From sequence record MZ501067: 64,000 nucleotides of DNA. The stretch is one strand, 5' to 3'. Shown piece after piece: positions 19,606 to 29,013 of this stretch (within the stretch, counting starts at the first letter, position 1; every line of letters starts with the position of its first letter). Origin of the DNA: Escherichia phage FriedrichZschokke. The notes beneath the pieces were generated by a model, which saw only the letters and a list, made by a program, of their open reading frames with translations, had not been told where the DNA came from and did no database searches. The position numbers and the translations under genes are program-made.

Positions 19606-20075
19606 TTTAAACTCTTTCTAAGCTGCTTCTTAAATGAAGCTATTAACTGTGTTTTGGTGTCAGATTCATTATATTCAAATCCTCTTTGAAGCATCTCGGC
19701 CATCATTTCCTCTTTTCCTAAACGAGAAAATTCCTTTGATTTATCTCCAACAAAGTTAGGGTGAATATTATTTTGGGTGTAATCGGATTTTAAATAAGTA
19801 AGTAAATTTTCTAACCATTCAAGATAATCAACACCTTGTCCCTTTAAGCCAGAACGATTAAATTTATGCTTCATTTGACCTTCTGCGGCATTGCAGAGAT
19901 TACAAAGCAATCCACGTACCTTTCCTGCTTTTGGTCCATTTAATTCATGGTCATGGTCGAGGTGATTAGCTTGAACGTCAGGATTTAGTTCTCGTTGGCA
20001 AATTAAGCATTTACCATTTTGTGCATCATAAAATTTCTGTTTTTCTTCTTTATATAATTTGCCAGTCAATAACAT
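19602..20075 (-). CDS. 49: Endonuclease VII (Holliday junction resolvase)
   Basis: 157 aa, MLLTGKLYKEEKQKFYDAQNGKCLICQREL...; sequence matches T4 endo VII as recalled. Confidence 0.92.
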   Translation of the reverse strand: MLLTGKLYKEEKQKFYDAQNGKCLICQRELNPDVQANHLDHDHELNGPKAGKVRGLLCNLCNAAEGQMKHKFNRSGLKGQGVDYLEWLENLLTYLKSDYTQNNIHPNFVGDKSKEFSRLGKEEMMAEMLQRGFEYNESDTKTQLIASFKKQLRKSLK

Positions 20076-20117
20076 AATAAAACCCTTACCTTAAATAGAT
20101 AAGGGTATTTATTATTT

Positions 20118-20603
20118 TCAAGTATTGTAAAACATTTGATGCAATCGCTTATATTGCCGAATCTTTTGGTCAGAAAAAGAAATTTGAGTTTCAAGCCATT
20201 CAATGTATTCTGCGGCAGCTTGCATCAGGTTACCTTCATAGCCATCGTTATTTTCTTGCGCAGCTAATTTAGCTAATGCGTATGAAATACGTTCACCTTG
20301 AAAATCGGCTTTAGGCTTCTGAACAACTTGATTAGTTCGCTCTACAACTTCTTCAATTTCGCCATTTTCAACGGATTCAGTATTCCATAAGCACCAATAC
20401 GTAATTGGCTTATCGTAGATGTTAATAATCTTTCCATCAGAAAGTTCAATTTCAATAATTCCAGTATCAGGCTCTATATCATCTTCACATTCTTTTGCAA
20501 GTTCACGAACTTTAAAGACAGTACCTGCGCTAAGTTCCGGCCAGTAATTACACAGCCCTGTATCAGCACGATTAATTCTAAACCACTTATCTACTGTAAT
20601 CAT
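20118..20603 (-). CDS. Hypothetical protein (~161 aa), in the position of T4 pin
   Basis: ORF downstream of gene 49; start placed at the second Met; functional identity not verified. Confidence 0.5.
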   Translation of the reverse strand: MITVDKWFRINRADTGLCNYWPELSAGTVFKVRELAKECEDDIEPDTGIIEIELSDGKIINIYDKPITYWCLWNTESVENGEIEEVVERTNQVVQKPKADFQGERISYALAKLAAQENNDGYEGNLMQAAAEYIEWLETQISFSDQKIRQYKRLHQMFYNT

Positions 20604-20726
20604 GTCCCATCTCCATATCAATTAAGTCATTTATCGTTGGTTCATTATATACTGTTTCTTCATCAGTGTAAACCGGTTCTTCCGGCTCTGGCTCTACAGT
20701 TTCCCATCTAGCCGCCCACCAAGGTT

Positions 20727-21047
20727 TTATAGCGTAATCCATTCTCGTACTATCTGAGTTACTACACGTTCACGGGGCTCGACTAGTTCAACAGTCGGAA
20801 CTGCATAATACCAGTCAGAATGGTAAGAACCCGAACGGCATTCATTTACGGAAACATGTACGTTATGTTTTGGACTAAAATAAACACACTGACGATATTG
20901 ACATTTACCATCTTGCACCCAGTCTTCTATTTCGACAGGTTTAAGATAATCGGAAAAATCGAAATCATAGTTTTCCGAAAATGCATCATGGTCTTCAATG
21001 ATTTCGCTCAGAACTGCATCAACATCTAATTTATTTTCAATAGTCAT
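20727..21047 (-). CDS. Hypothetical protein (106 aa), acidic, Cys-containing
   Basis: ORF on the early strand. Confidence 0.5.
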   Translation of the reverse strand: MTIENKLDVDAVLSEIIEDHDAFSENYDFDFSDYLKPVEIEDWVQDGKCQYRQCVYFSPKHNVHVSVNECRSGSYHSDWYYAVPTVELVEPRERVVTQIVREWITL

Positions 21048-21057
21048 TTTTCACCAA

Positions 21058-21267
21058 TTAATTTCGCAATTTATTAAGTTCTTCATAATCAATCCAGGAT
21101 TCTAATCCTGATGGCAAATCAGATTCAATTTCCCAAAGAAGTTCTTCAATTTTATGAAGACGATCTAGTTCTTCAGCAGGAATAGTAACCATTGACGGAG
21201 CTCTTGCTACATTAATATCGTAAATCATATTTACCCCAGTTTGACCATACAATCGCCGTATTTCCAC
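21058..21267 (-). CDS. Hypothetical protein (69 aa)
   Basis: ORF on the early strand. Confidence 0.5.
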   Translation of the reverse strand: MEIRRLYGQTGVNMIYDINVARAPSMVTIPAEELDRLHKIEELLWEIESDLPSGLESWIDYEELNKLRN

Positions 21268-21446
21268 TTAGAAATAGACTTTTCACCGTTAGAATAATAA
21301 ACTTCAAGTTTAGCACGATTATTTTTAATTTGAATAACCTTTGCTGTCATCAAAGTTCCATACCCATAATAAACTGCAACTTCATCACCTACATATACCG
21401 CGCTTCCGCGGTAATCGTGAATATAGTCAGTTCCTTCGAGCATCAT
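21231..21446 (-). CDS. Hypothetical protein (71 aa)
   Basis: ORF with ATGA overlap to nrdC. Confidence 0.5.
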   Translation of the reverse strand: MMLEGTDYIHDYRGSAVYVGDEVAVYYGYGTLMTAKVIQIKNNRAKLEVYYSNGEKSISKWKYGDCMVKLG

Positions 21447-21706
21447 TTAAAATATTCTCGCAGTTGGTCAAATCCACCAATATGACTTCCATCAGGAGCA
21501 AATACCTGGGGCATTGTCAAGCCGATTTGAGTATCACGACCTAGTTTAGTCAGAAGCTCAGCAATTTTCTCATCATCAAAAACACCTTTTTCCGGCATAA
21601 TGTTGATAAATTCAAACGGCTGTTTCTTCACGGTCAAAAGACGTTTTGCATTATCGCAATACACACATTTATGAATGTTGCTATCATAACCATATACTTT
21701 AAACAT
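21443..21706 (-). CDS. nrdC: Thioredoxin (glutaredoxin-fold)
   Basis: 87 aa; CVYC active site (MFKVYGYDSNIHKCVYCDNAKRLL...); matches T4 thioredoxin. Confidence 0.9.
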   Translation of the reverse strand: MFKVYGYDSNIHKCVYCDNAKRLLTVKKQPFEFINIMPEKGVFDDEKIAELLTKLGRDTQIGLTMPQVFAPDGSHIGGFDQLREYFK

Positions 21707-21707
21707 A

Positions 21708-21950
21708 TTATTCCTTAATTCCTAGTACTTGTTTAAAAGTCTCGTCGTAATCAAGACTTTGGCCCGTTTGTTCTTTATGTTTGTATATAATATCACTTAC
21801 TTCTGATAGCATATTTTTATATGAACGAGTTAAAGCAGATTTAAGCACGCTGTATCTATCAGGAAATTTACCATGTTCATTATAATAAGCTATTGCTAAT
21901 TCACGGACTGCCTTTTCAGCAGCCTCCATATATTCTTTACGCTTGGTCAT
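21708..21950 (-). CDS. Hypothetical protein (~80 aa)
   Basis: ORF trimmed to an internal Met to avoid a long overlap with the upstream ORF. Confidence 0.4.
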   Translation of the reverse strand: MTKRKEYMEAAEKAVRELAIAYYNEHGKFPDRYSVLKSALTRSYKNMLSEVSDIIYKHKEQTGQSLDYDETFKQVLGIKE

Positions 21951-22254
21951 TTTCTTCTCGGTCAAATCGGTGTTTACAATGGCGACATTTATAACGAAGA
22001 TTACTAGTCTGCCAATGGACCAATTGCACCTGTTCAGTACCGCATTCAGGGCAATTAGGAACGTTTTTAGAAGCTCTTTCACGTCGTTCAACCATAGCCA
22101 TAATAGCGTCCCAGGCCGGCGGTTTAAAATCTAAATCGTCGCAGCCGTGAATCTTTCCACGCATTTCCATATCATCTTCCTCACCAGCCATAATAATTTT
22201 AATTAAACTGGAATTACTTGAAGCTGCAATGTCTTCTAATAAACGCTTTTTCAT
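21937..22254 (-). CDS. Zinc-ribbon protein (105 aa)
   Basis: CPECG...CRHCKHRF four-Cys motif. Confidence 0.55.
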   Translation of the reverse strand: MKKRLLEDIAASSNSSLIKIIMAGEEDDMEMRGKIHGCDDLDFKPPAWDAIMAMVERRERASKNVPNCPECGTEQVQLVHWQTSNLRYKCRHCKHRFDREENDQA

Positions 22255-23180
22255 TTCAATACCTCAATAGCATTACGTAAACCATTTGCTTTTGCATTAA
22301 GAGCTTTTAACAATTTGGTGTGTTCTGCAATTTGGGCTTCAACTTCAATCAAACGGGCATTGAGATATTCACGTTCTTCACTCAGATTATCAACCTTTTC
22401 TACTTTAGGCTCTTTTACAACTGTCTTATATGTATTAGGGTTCTTCAGTTTAATTAGAATGCGTGAACTGTATAACATTGAACCATTATCTTCGGTTTCG
22501 TCATACATTTCCACTACGTCCATAATTTTTAACATCATGCGGAGTTTATAAGACAACGAACGAATAGTTTTGTTGTGCTTATTAATTTCTTTAGCTGTCA
22601 TGGTGCCAAGATTACGTGAGTAATAATAAGGAACCTGGATATTAATTAATACTGATGAACCACCTGGCTTGTGTGTTACTTCATCAGCAATAACCCAGTC
22701 CTTAACATGAACTGTATTTGTACGGTCATCGCCCGCGGTAAATAGTTTGCGAGCATGCTTAAAAAGCATATTCACTTGGTCATTGAATTGACAAGCAAAT
22801 TTATCAGCAAATTTAGTTTCAGGAATGGTAGAAAACCAATCAGCCAAATGAGTCTTTTTAACATCATTAACAATAGTAAATTCAACAAAATCGGTTATAG
22901 ATGTCTCAGATTTAATGAAGCTCGGCTTCATAAAGTTTTTAATGTTCTCATGAGCTACAGTAGAAGATAACATACGAGAACGTTTAAACCATTCAAGCAA
23001 ATTGCCTAACGAATGAGAATAAGCGTTTTGAGTATCTTTACAGATATGATTTTCCCGACCAACATATTGAAGGAAATCACGAAGAATATTATTGATTACT
23101 GCTCTGTGCCCGATCTGATAATTACGGTGTTTAGTAATAAGACTGTCAAAATAATCAATATAATGTTTACGAGTTTTCAT
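22251..23180 (-). CDS. Unknown-function protein with C-terminal coiled coil (A, 309 aa)
   Basis: N-terminal MKTRKHY...; last ~45 aa strongly heptad-like ([42 protein letters not shown]). Confidence 0.6.
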   Translation of the reverse strand: MKTRKHYIDYFDSLITKHRNYQIGHRAVINNILRDFLQYVGRENHICKDTQNAYSHSLGNLLEWFKRSRMLSSTVAHENIKNFMKPSFIKSETSITDFVEFTIVNDVKKTHLADWFSTIPETKFADKFACQFNDQVNMLFKHARKLFTAGDDRTNTVHVKDWVIADEVTHKPGGSSVLINIQVPYYYSRNLGTMTAKEINKHNKTIRSLSYKLRMMLKIMDVVEMYDETEDNGSMLYSSRILIKLKNPNTYKTVVKEPKVEKVDNLSEEREYLNARLIEVEAQIAEHTKLLKALNAKANGLRNAIEVLK

Positions 23181-23234
23181 GTTCTTCTCACTTGGTTAAT
23201 GATTTATACTCCGAGCCATCCTTGGCTTTAAATT

Positions 23235-24233
23235 TTACTTAATTAACTGTAAAGCCTGTTCTAAACGATCAAGACGATTAACAGATTCTTCCCAAATCCT
23301 TTTAGCCTGCTCATATTCTTTCTGCGCTTTATTAGAAATTTCTAGAACTTCTTTATAAGCTTTTTCTAATGCAATAACTTCTGGACGAATTTCTACCGGT
23401 TCAGGTGAATCATCAAGATTATTCATTAGTTCCTCAAGGGTAGTTTCTTCTTTAGGAGTATTCACAATTTCCTCACATTTTTGTTGATAAATTTCTTTAT
23501 CAGTAGGTGAATAAGCACATTTCACTTCACGAAGACTAATTACAATTTTATATCCTTCCCATCCGCATATATTCTTAAAAGGATATGTATGAATATTTTC
23601 TACCGTTTCCATACAAAGTAATGCAGTCTCTAACTGACGAGTTATAGTGCTAGCAATTGAGAAAAATTTATTAATATTCTTTTGGTTAGCGTTTGGTGTA
23701 AAAAATCCATAATTCACAAAAATAGCTACTTTATTTTCATCAAGATCATATTCTTTTACGATAATCATATCAGAAGCCAAAGGATGAATTTGACGATAAT
23801 CGCCATAACATAATTTAGAAGCTGATTTTAGAATTTGTCCTTTGAAAAGTCTGAAATTACTAATCCAACGGCGAGTAAAAATATTCTCAGGGTCTTCTTT
23901 ATTAAGATGATAAGAATTAACATCACCGAACCAATTATATCCTACTACATCTTTGGTTCGTTTAATTTCTTTCCCAAAATTACCAAGAATATCCCGATTA
24001 ACCAAATATGAAAGAAGACGAGACTCTTTAAAGGTTTTCTTGATAACATCTTTATCTACACGGCTAGAAATTTTACGAATTTCATGAATAAATTTAGCAG
24101 AAGAAACAATACTTGCATCAACACTATTGAGCCACTGATTGATAATAGAAAGAACGCTATTTTGACCAAACATCGGTATAGCTTTATCATCAATAACTCT
24201 ATTGAATGATTTAATATATTCGTTGCGAGTCAT
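23235..24233 (-). CDS. Unknown-function protein with C-terminal coiled coil (B, ~332 aa)
   Basis: Start placed at MTRNEYIKSF (downstream of the promoter); C-terminal ...KAQKEYEQAKRIWEESVNRLDRLEQALQLIK. Confidence 0.6.
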   Translation of the reverse strand: MTRNEYIKSFNRVIDDKAIPMFGQNSVLSIINQWLNSVDASIVSSAKFIHEIRKISSRVDKDVIKKTFKESRLLSYLVNRDILGNFGKEIKRTKDVVGYNWFGDVNSYHLNKEDPENIFTRRWISNFRLFKGQILKSASKLCYGDYRQIHPLASDMIIVKEYDLDENKVAIFVNYGFFTPNANQKNINKFFSIASTITRQLETALLCMETVENIHTYPFKNICGWEGYKIVISLREVKCAYSPTDKEIYQQKCEEIVNTPKEETTLEELMNNLDDSPEPVEIRPEVIALEKAYKEVLEISNKAQKEYEQAKRIWEESVNRLDRLEQALQLIK

Positions 24234-24254
24234 ATTAATCTCCTCAGTAGAAAG

Positions 24255-24295
24255 TAAGAACATTATACCACATCCTTGTGGCGAAGTAAACTAGT
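24255..24295 (-). promoter_or_regulatory. Early promoter
   Basis: Minus strand: -35 TTTACT, 17 bp spacer, consensus -10 TATAAT (24262-24267). Confidence 0.5.
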
Positions 24296-25310
24296 TTAGT
24301 GCATTTAGTGCGTTGTTCAATTTAGAACGTTGCTTCGTGAGATTTTTTACTTTTTCTTGAGCTTTTTCTAGCATCTTTTCAGCTTCTAACGCTTCATTAG
24401 TTGCTTTAACGAGTTCATCATCTACTGCCTTGATAGACTTCTCAATCGCATCCGCGTGCCATTTTTCAACAGGTTTAAGACTAGGATTTTCAACAGGAAG
24501 AAAATTCACTTTATTAAATTTCCATGCATCTTTATTACCTGAACTATACATCCAAAATTTAGGATCGTTTGATGAGCAATTAGATAAATTTAAGTTATCT
24601 TGTACTTCCTGCTTTTTCTCTTGCGTGACTTCGTCTTTTCTCAAAAAATCATATTTAAATGAAACGATCATATCAAGTTCATATGTTGTTGTATGTTCCC
24701 AATTTCGCTCAAAACGAGGTAAAATCTTAGATTGAACAGCAGCAACAACATCCATATACTTAAATGCTTCTGTCAGCTGTGATTTAAGACATTCACAAAT
24801 TGAACGAGAATTTTTAGTATTAGGTTTAAAGCTAATTCGTGCAGTTCTATTATTTTCTTTAGATGGTCTTACTTCCATTTGAAGAGTATAACCATCAAAT
24901 TTCAGATTCTTTAAGTTAATATCAGAGCCTTTTAATCGACTAGCAGTAGACAAAATTTGCTTTAATTGTTTACGAAATAGAGCAATAAATCTCCATTCAA
25001 TACGATAATGATTTGGATTAAAAAATCCTGTTGATAAATCAACCTTACTCTGACCAACGCCTTGAACAAATAGAGGATTTTTATAATCAATAGTTTTACA
25101 GAAATCGGTGAGCTGCTCACGAGCAGTCATTTGTGTAATATATCCCGCTTTACTAAAATGACGTAACCATTCACTGCTATTCATATACTTAAAGTGAATG
25201 GAACTATTAACTCTATCAGGGTCTAAATTATTTTGGTACAAAAATGTCATAACATTACGGGTATAGCTGGCATTACGAACCATATCTTCAATTTGAGAAC
25301 GAGTTTTCAT
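24291..25310 (-). CDS. Unknown-function protein with C-terminal coiled coil (C, 339 aa)
   Basis: N-terminal MKTRSQIEDM...; C-terminal ...EALEAEKMLEKAQEKVKNLTKQRSKLNNALNALN. Confidence 0.6.
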   Translation of the reverse strand: MKTRSQIEDMVRNASYTRNVMTFLYQNNLDPDRVNSSIHFKYMNSSEWLRHFSKAGYITQMTAREQLTDFCKTIDYKNPLFVQGVGQSKVDLSTGFFNPNHYRIEWRFIALFRKQLKQILSTASRLKGSDINLKNLKFDGYTLQMEVRPSKENNRTARISFKPNTKNSRSICECLKSQLTEAFKYMDVVAAVQSKILPRFERNWEHTTTYELDMIVSFKYDFLRKDEVTQEKKQEVQDNLNLSNCSSNDPKFWMYSSGNKDAWKFNKVNFLPVENPSLKPVEKWHADAIEKSIKAVDDELVKATNEALEAEKMLEKAQEKVKNLTKQRSKLNNALNALN

Positions 25311-25318
25311 AGTGTTCC

Positions 25319-26227
25319 TTAAGATTTAAGTAAATCAACAATTTTAATTAATTTTTCACGCTCAGATTTAGCTTTACTACTCAATCCAGATAGTCTGAAA
25401 ATTTCATCGTCATACTGTTGAATAGAAATATTCAGCTCTTCAATTTGCTTATTAAAATAATCAATTTGCTCAGAATGTTTTTCATTACTGCGAACTGGTA
25501 CAGGTTTTGTAGGCAATTTAGTTAAACTGGATTCATCCGGGCGATAAATTAAAATACAACTTGAACCAATCGGGCATTTAGCACCAGACACATATTCTAA
25601 TGTTCCGGCTTCTTTTAAAACTTCAAAAGCTAAACAGAGATGATGCCCCATATTAACATAATCTGTAGAGCGAGCTCTGACGTAATAATCATCGCCGCGA
25701 ATACTAAATTTAAAGCATTTAAGGTCTTCTGTATTATTGGTCTTAAAAATCATTTGTTTATCTAGACCTTTAGCTAATCGAGCGCCTAATGCTAATAATC
25801 GTCGTTGATTTTCCCACAAATCTGCGATCATTTGGTCAAATGATAATTTCGGCATTAGTCGACCGTAAAGATCATAGCCTTTATTATAATTGCGAAGAAT
25901 TTCACTCGCGTTAATACGAGACAATGCTCCAATTTTATTAAGGGCTTTCATGATGCGATTAGATAAACCCATTCCAGACCCGTTTGTTCGTTGTAAATGT
26001 TTATCTAATCCAAACCCAATATCAACTTTAAATTTATCTAAAATTTCAGCATGAACATCTCTGTCAATAACATTCAAATCCAAAGTTGGGTTAAATCTAT
26101 GAAAAAATTTATCTGGCTCTCCACGACGAAGTACAGTCCATTCATTCAATTTTTTATTAACTAAAGATTTAATTACTGCATTGACATTATTAATTACTAC
26201 TGACATATTTTCCTCACTCAATTTCAA
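25319..26227 (-). CDS. Unknown-function protein with C-terminal coiled coil (D, 302 aa)
   Basis: C-terminal ...QIEELNISIQQYDDEIFRLSGLSSKAKSEREKLIKIVDLLKS. Confidence 0.6.
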   Translation of the reverse strand: MKLSEENMSVVINNVNAVIKSLVNKKLNEWTVLRRGEPDKFFHRFNPTLDLNVIDRDVHAEILDKFKVDIGFGLDKHLQRTNGSGMGLSNRIMKALNKIGALSRINASEILRNYNKGYDLYGRLMPKLSFDQMIADLWENQRRLLALGARLAKGLDKQMIFKTNNTEDLKCFKFSIRGDDYYVRARSTDYVNMGHHLCLAFEVLKEAGTLEYVSGAKCPIGSSCILIYRPDESSLTKLPTKPVPVRSNEKHSEQIDYFNKQIEELNISIQQYDDEIFRLSGLSSKAKSEREKLIKIVDLLKS

Positions 26228-26621
26228 TTTTACTAAATACGCAGAATATGATGGAAAAGACTATATAAGCACCGCATACAGATTGAACTAATACCATTCC
26301 AAAGAACCAAACAATATTATCAAACAATGTCTGTTTTACGTCGAAAGGACGTAAACTTACAGTAATATTATCGCCTTTTTCTATTGATGAATACATCTCT
26401 GGGGAAATATATTCACTAAATCTATAACCGTCTTTGAGTTCATATACGGCAATAAACGATAAACTAGACCCCTTTCCTTGAGTTCCTGTAAAGGTATTAA
26501 CCACAGTAACATCATAATCTTTATAATGCATATAATCATTAATTGCGTAATAACCATATGCAATTGCTATACATAAACAACATATCAATAAATTCAATCT
26601 TTTAATTATCAACTGTTTCAT
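26214..26621 (-). CDS. Membrane protein (135 aa)
   Basis: N- and C-terminal hydrophobic helices flanking a soluble middle. Confidence 0.55.
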   Translation of the reverse strand: MKQLIIKRLNLLICCLCIAIAYGYYAINDYMHYKDYDVTVVNTFTGTQGKGSSLSFIAVYELKDGYRFSEYISPEMYSSIEKGDNITVSLRPFDVKQTLFDNIVWFFGMVLVQSVCGAYIVFSIIFCVFSKIEIE

Positions 26622-26644
26622 AATAATCTCAATTAAAAGGGCTT

Positions 26645-26680
26645 AGAACCATTATACCATCCTTGGTATAAAGCGGTTAT
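26645..26680 (-). promoter_or_regulatory. Middle-type promoter (MotA box GCTTTA, 12 bp, TATAAT)
   Basis: Minus strand reads ccGCTTTAtaccaaggatggTATAATgg. Confidence 0.45.
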
Positions 26681-27204
26681 GCGAGTACCGTCTTTAACCG
26701 TTCTTCAAACTTCCGAAGAGTATTTTGGCGTTCAGCTCTTTGCTTTTTGTAAGTTTCAATACGCTCTGAAATGAGAGTGTATCGTTCATTTACTGATTCT
26801 TTCATAAAATCAGGAATTTCACGAGAAGCTTTAATCTCGTCAAATTTATCAATAACAGCTTGCTCTTCAGCAATTAAGTTATCATACATCAAAATATCTT
26901 TCTTGATGAACTCAATATCTTCTTGAGTTACACGAGATAACTTAGATGCTTTATCCTTTTTGTACTGTTCATTAGTATCACGAGACCAGTGTAATGTACG
27001 ATTTTTATTCGTATTCTTATAAATTTCTACAATACCAATCTCATCAATAATAACGATCCAATTCCAACGGGATTTGTAAATTTGTCCTCCATCAACTGTG
27101 ATTTCACCTCCGATTGAGATGTCATTAAAGAACTTGCTTTGTGCTTCAGATTTAAATTTACCATCGTTGTAATTTACCAAGTTGAAAATATCTTTAGCGT
27201 TCAT
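26677..27204 (-). CDS. Hypothetical protein (175 aa)
   Basis: ORF with GGAGG Shine-Dalgarno; early promoter upstream. Confidence 0.55.
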   Translation of the reverse strand: MNAKDIFNLVNYNDGKFKSEAQSKFFNDISIGGEITVDGGQIYKSRWNWIVIIDEIGIVEIYKNTNKNRTLHWSRDTNEQYKKDKASKLSRVTQEDIEFIKKDILMYDNLIAEEQAVIDKFDEIKASREIPDFMKESVNERYTLISERIETYKKQRAERQNTLRKFEERLKTVLA

Positions 27205-27225
27205 TTTCTGTTCCTCCGTAGTTGA

Positions 27226-27270
27226 TAGTTGTATAGTACCACAGAGGAACAGTCTTGTAAACCACTAAAA
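27226..27270 (-). promoter_or_regulatory. Early promoter
   Basis: Minus strand: -35 TTTACA (27256-27261), 17 bp spacer, TGG-TACTAT -10 (27233-27241). Confidence 0.55.
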
Positions 27271-27579
27271 GAAGCTTCTTTCACAATTTTTTCCACTGAA
27301 CCACGCGCTCACTGCTTTCTTAGTCTCAGGAGCAGTGTTATCCATAAACCATTCAAAGGCAGCCTTTTTATGATTCTGGAGGGCTTCTCGGGCTTTAATC
27401 TGCTCACGGTCTATTAACACTAACATGTGAGCCTTTCTTGTCACCAAGGGCTTCTTATGATTCTTGGAGTATTCCCAGTCATTTGTCCAACGCATTGTCG
27501 TTGCGAACTGATGAACCGCGTCTTTAATTTTAGTTTCGTAAATTTCACGAGCCTTTGAGTATAACATCACTACCTCCAT
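27265..27579 (-). CDS. Hypothetical protein (104 aa)
   Basis: ORF on the early strand. Confidence 0.5.
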   Translation of the reverse strand: MEVVMLYSKAREIYETKIKDAVHQFATTMRWTNDWEYSKNHKKPLVTRKAHMLVLIDREQIKAREALQNHKKAAFEWFMDNTAPETKKAVSAWFSGKNCERSFF

Positions 27580-27668
27580 TTACCAGTTTAATTCTAATCA
27601 TCTTTTTGATGGCAGTCCATATAATCTATTTCTGAACTGCCTTTTTGTCATAGAAGTCCTCTTATGAA

Positions 27669-28637
27669 TTATTTCAGAAGAGTAACCTCAGCAATTTCTT
27701 CCCAACCGTTTTTGTCGGTCATAATAAAGTCAGCAAGATAAAGAGCAGTACGCAGTGAAACATTACGTAAACGGTTAACATTGACTTTCATCCATGATAA
27801 TGCTTTATAAGTTTCTTCATCAGAAAGACCGCGTTTTTGCATCATGTCAGTTGAAAGAATAACATCTTCAACCCTGACCATAATTTCTTCATTAGTGTGA
27901 ACACCCAAATCCAAATAAACTGAGCGGGACACTAATGCTTGTAAATGTGGAGCAAGTTTAGTACCACGGTCTAATTCGCGGTCAATGTCAACGTTTGTGA
28001 TAAAAACAATCGTTCCTTTAAATTCAAACTCACGCTCAATGCCTTTTTCTTCTAAGTAAGAAGATGCGGTGCTCCAGCAGACTTTACGGGTCTCTCCAGT
28101 GTCCAGAGCGGCTTTTAGAAGATTAAGAATGTCCATATCAGAGAAAACATCCACATCATCAATCAAAAGGACATAATTCTCTTCACGATTATTCCAAAGC
28201 TGTTCATAAAGACCGATACCAGAGATTTTACCATTAATGCTTTTATATTCAATGTATCCAATATCATTTGCTTTATTTAAAGCTTTATCTAAAGAATACG
28301 TTTTACCAATACCCGCCGCACCAGAGATAATTAATGAACGAATGTTTCCGTTAATAATACCATTCGTCATCATTCCCATAACATTAAATCTTTTATTAAT
28401 GCGGGTTTTCATGTCTTCATACGATTCTTTAACTTCTTCAACTTTTACACCATCATATGAAATGTCTGATTTGTAAACCCAAACACCGCGACGCTTACCG
28501 TCAATTTCAACAAAAACTTTACCATCTCCTTGTGCATCTACCGGAGCATTATCTGGGAACCATTCGCCTAAGAGCTCAAAAGTTCCAGAGATTTCTTTAC
28601 CGAAGTAGATACCCTTATTGATAGTTACAGTTTTCAT
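27669..28637 (-). CDS. P-loop NTPase (AAA-like), unknown function
   Basis: 322 aa; Walker A GAAGIGKT and Walker B VLLIDDVD; ~100 aa N-terminal domain precedes the ATPase core. Confidence 0.65.
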   Translation of the reverse strand: MKTVTINKGIYFGKEISGTFELLGEWFPDNAPVDAQGDGKVFVEIDGKRRGVWVYKSDISYDGVKVEEVKESYEDMKTRINKRFNVMGMMTNGIINGNIRSLIISGAAGIGKTYSLDKALNKANDIGYIEYKSINGKISGIGLYEQLWNNREENYVLLIDDVDVFSDMDILNLLKAALDTGETRKVCWSTASSYLEEKGIEREFEFKGTIVFITNVDIDRELDRGTKLAPHLQALVSRSVYLDLGVHTNEEIMVRVEDVILSTDMMQKRGLSDEETYKALSWMKVNVNRLRNVSLRTALYLADFIMTDKNGWEEIAEVTLLK

Positions 28638-28694
28638 TTTATTCTCCTTTGATTTGATAGGACTACTATAACATAGTCCTATCAGTTTGTATAC

Positions 28695-28895
28695 TTATTT
28701 TGACATTTCTTCGATGTCACGACGATACCCGTCACGAACTTCACGAAGAGCTTCAAGGCCACACATAGGCTCGATACCAGTAATGTGAACTTGATTAATC
28801 TGATACTCTACATCTTCTAACTGAGCGAAAACATAACGACGTTCAGCTGCACACCCAGATTTAGCTTTACCGAAACGTTTATTCAAAGTAGTCAT
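28695..28895 (-). CDS. Hypothetical protein (66 aa)
   Basis: ORF on the early strand. Confidence 0.5.
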   Translation of the reverse strand: MTTLNKRFGKAKSGCAAERRYVFAQLEDVEYQINQVHITGIEPMCGLEALREVRDGYRRDIEEMSK

Positions 28896-28926
28896 TTTGT
28901 ATCTCCAATTTACTCATTTGTTTTGA

Positions 28927-28970
28927 TAGTTGTATAGTACCATAAAGCTTTATGCTTGTAAACAGTTTTG
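28927..28970 (-). promoter_or_regulatory. Early promoter
   Basis: Minus strand: -35 TTTACA (28958-28963), 18 bp spacer, TGG-TACTAT -10. Confidence 0.5.
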
Positions 28971-28980
28971 TGAAAAATTT

Positions 28981-29011
28981 TTGAAATAAAAAAGGGAGCC
29001 CGAAGGCTCCC
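28981..29011 (-). terminator. Strong intrinsic terminator
   Basis: Minus RNA gggagcc-UUCG-ggcuccc followed by UUUUUUAUUU. Confidence 0.7.
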
Positions 29012-29013
29012 TA

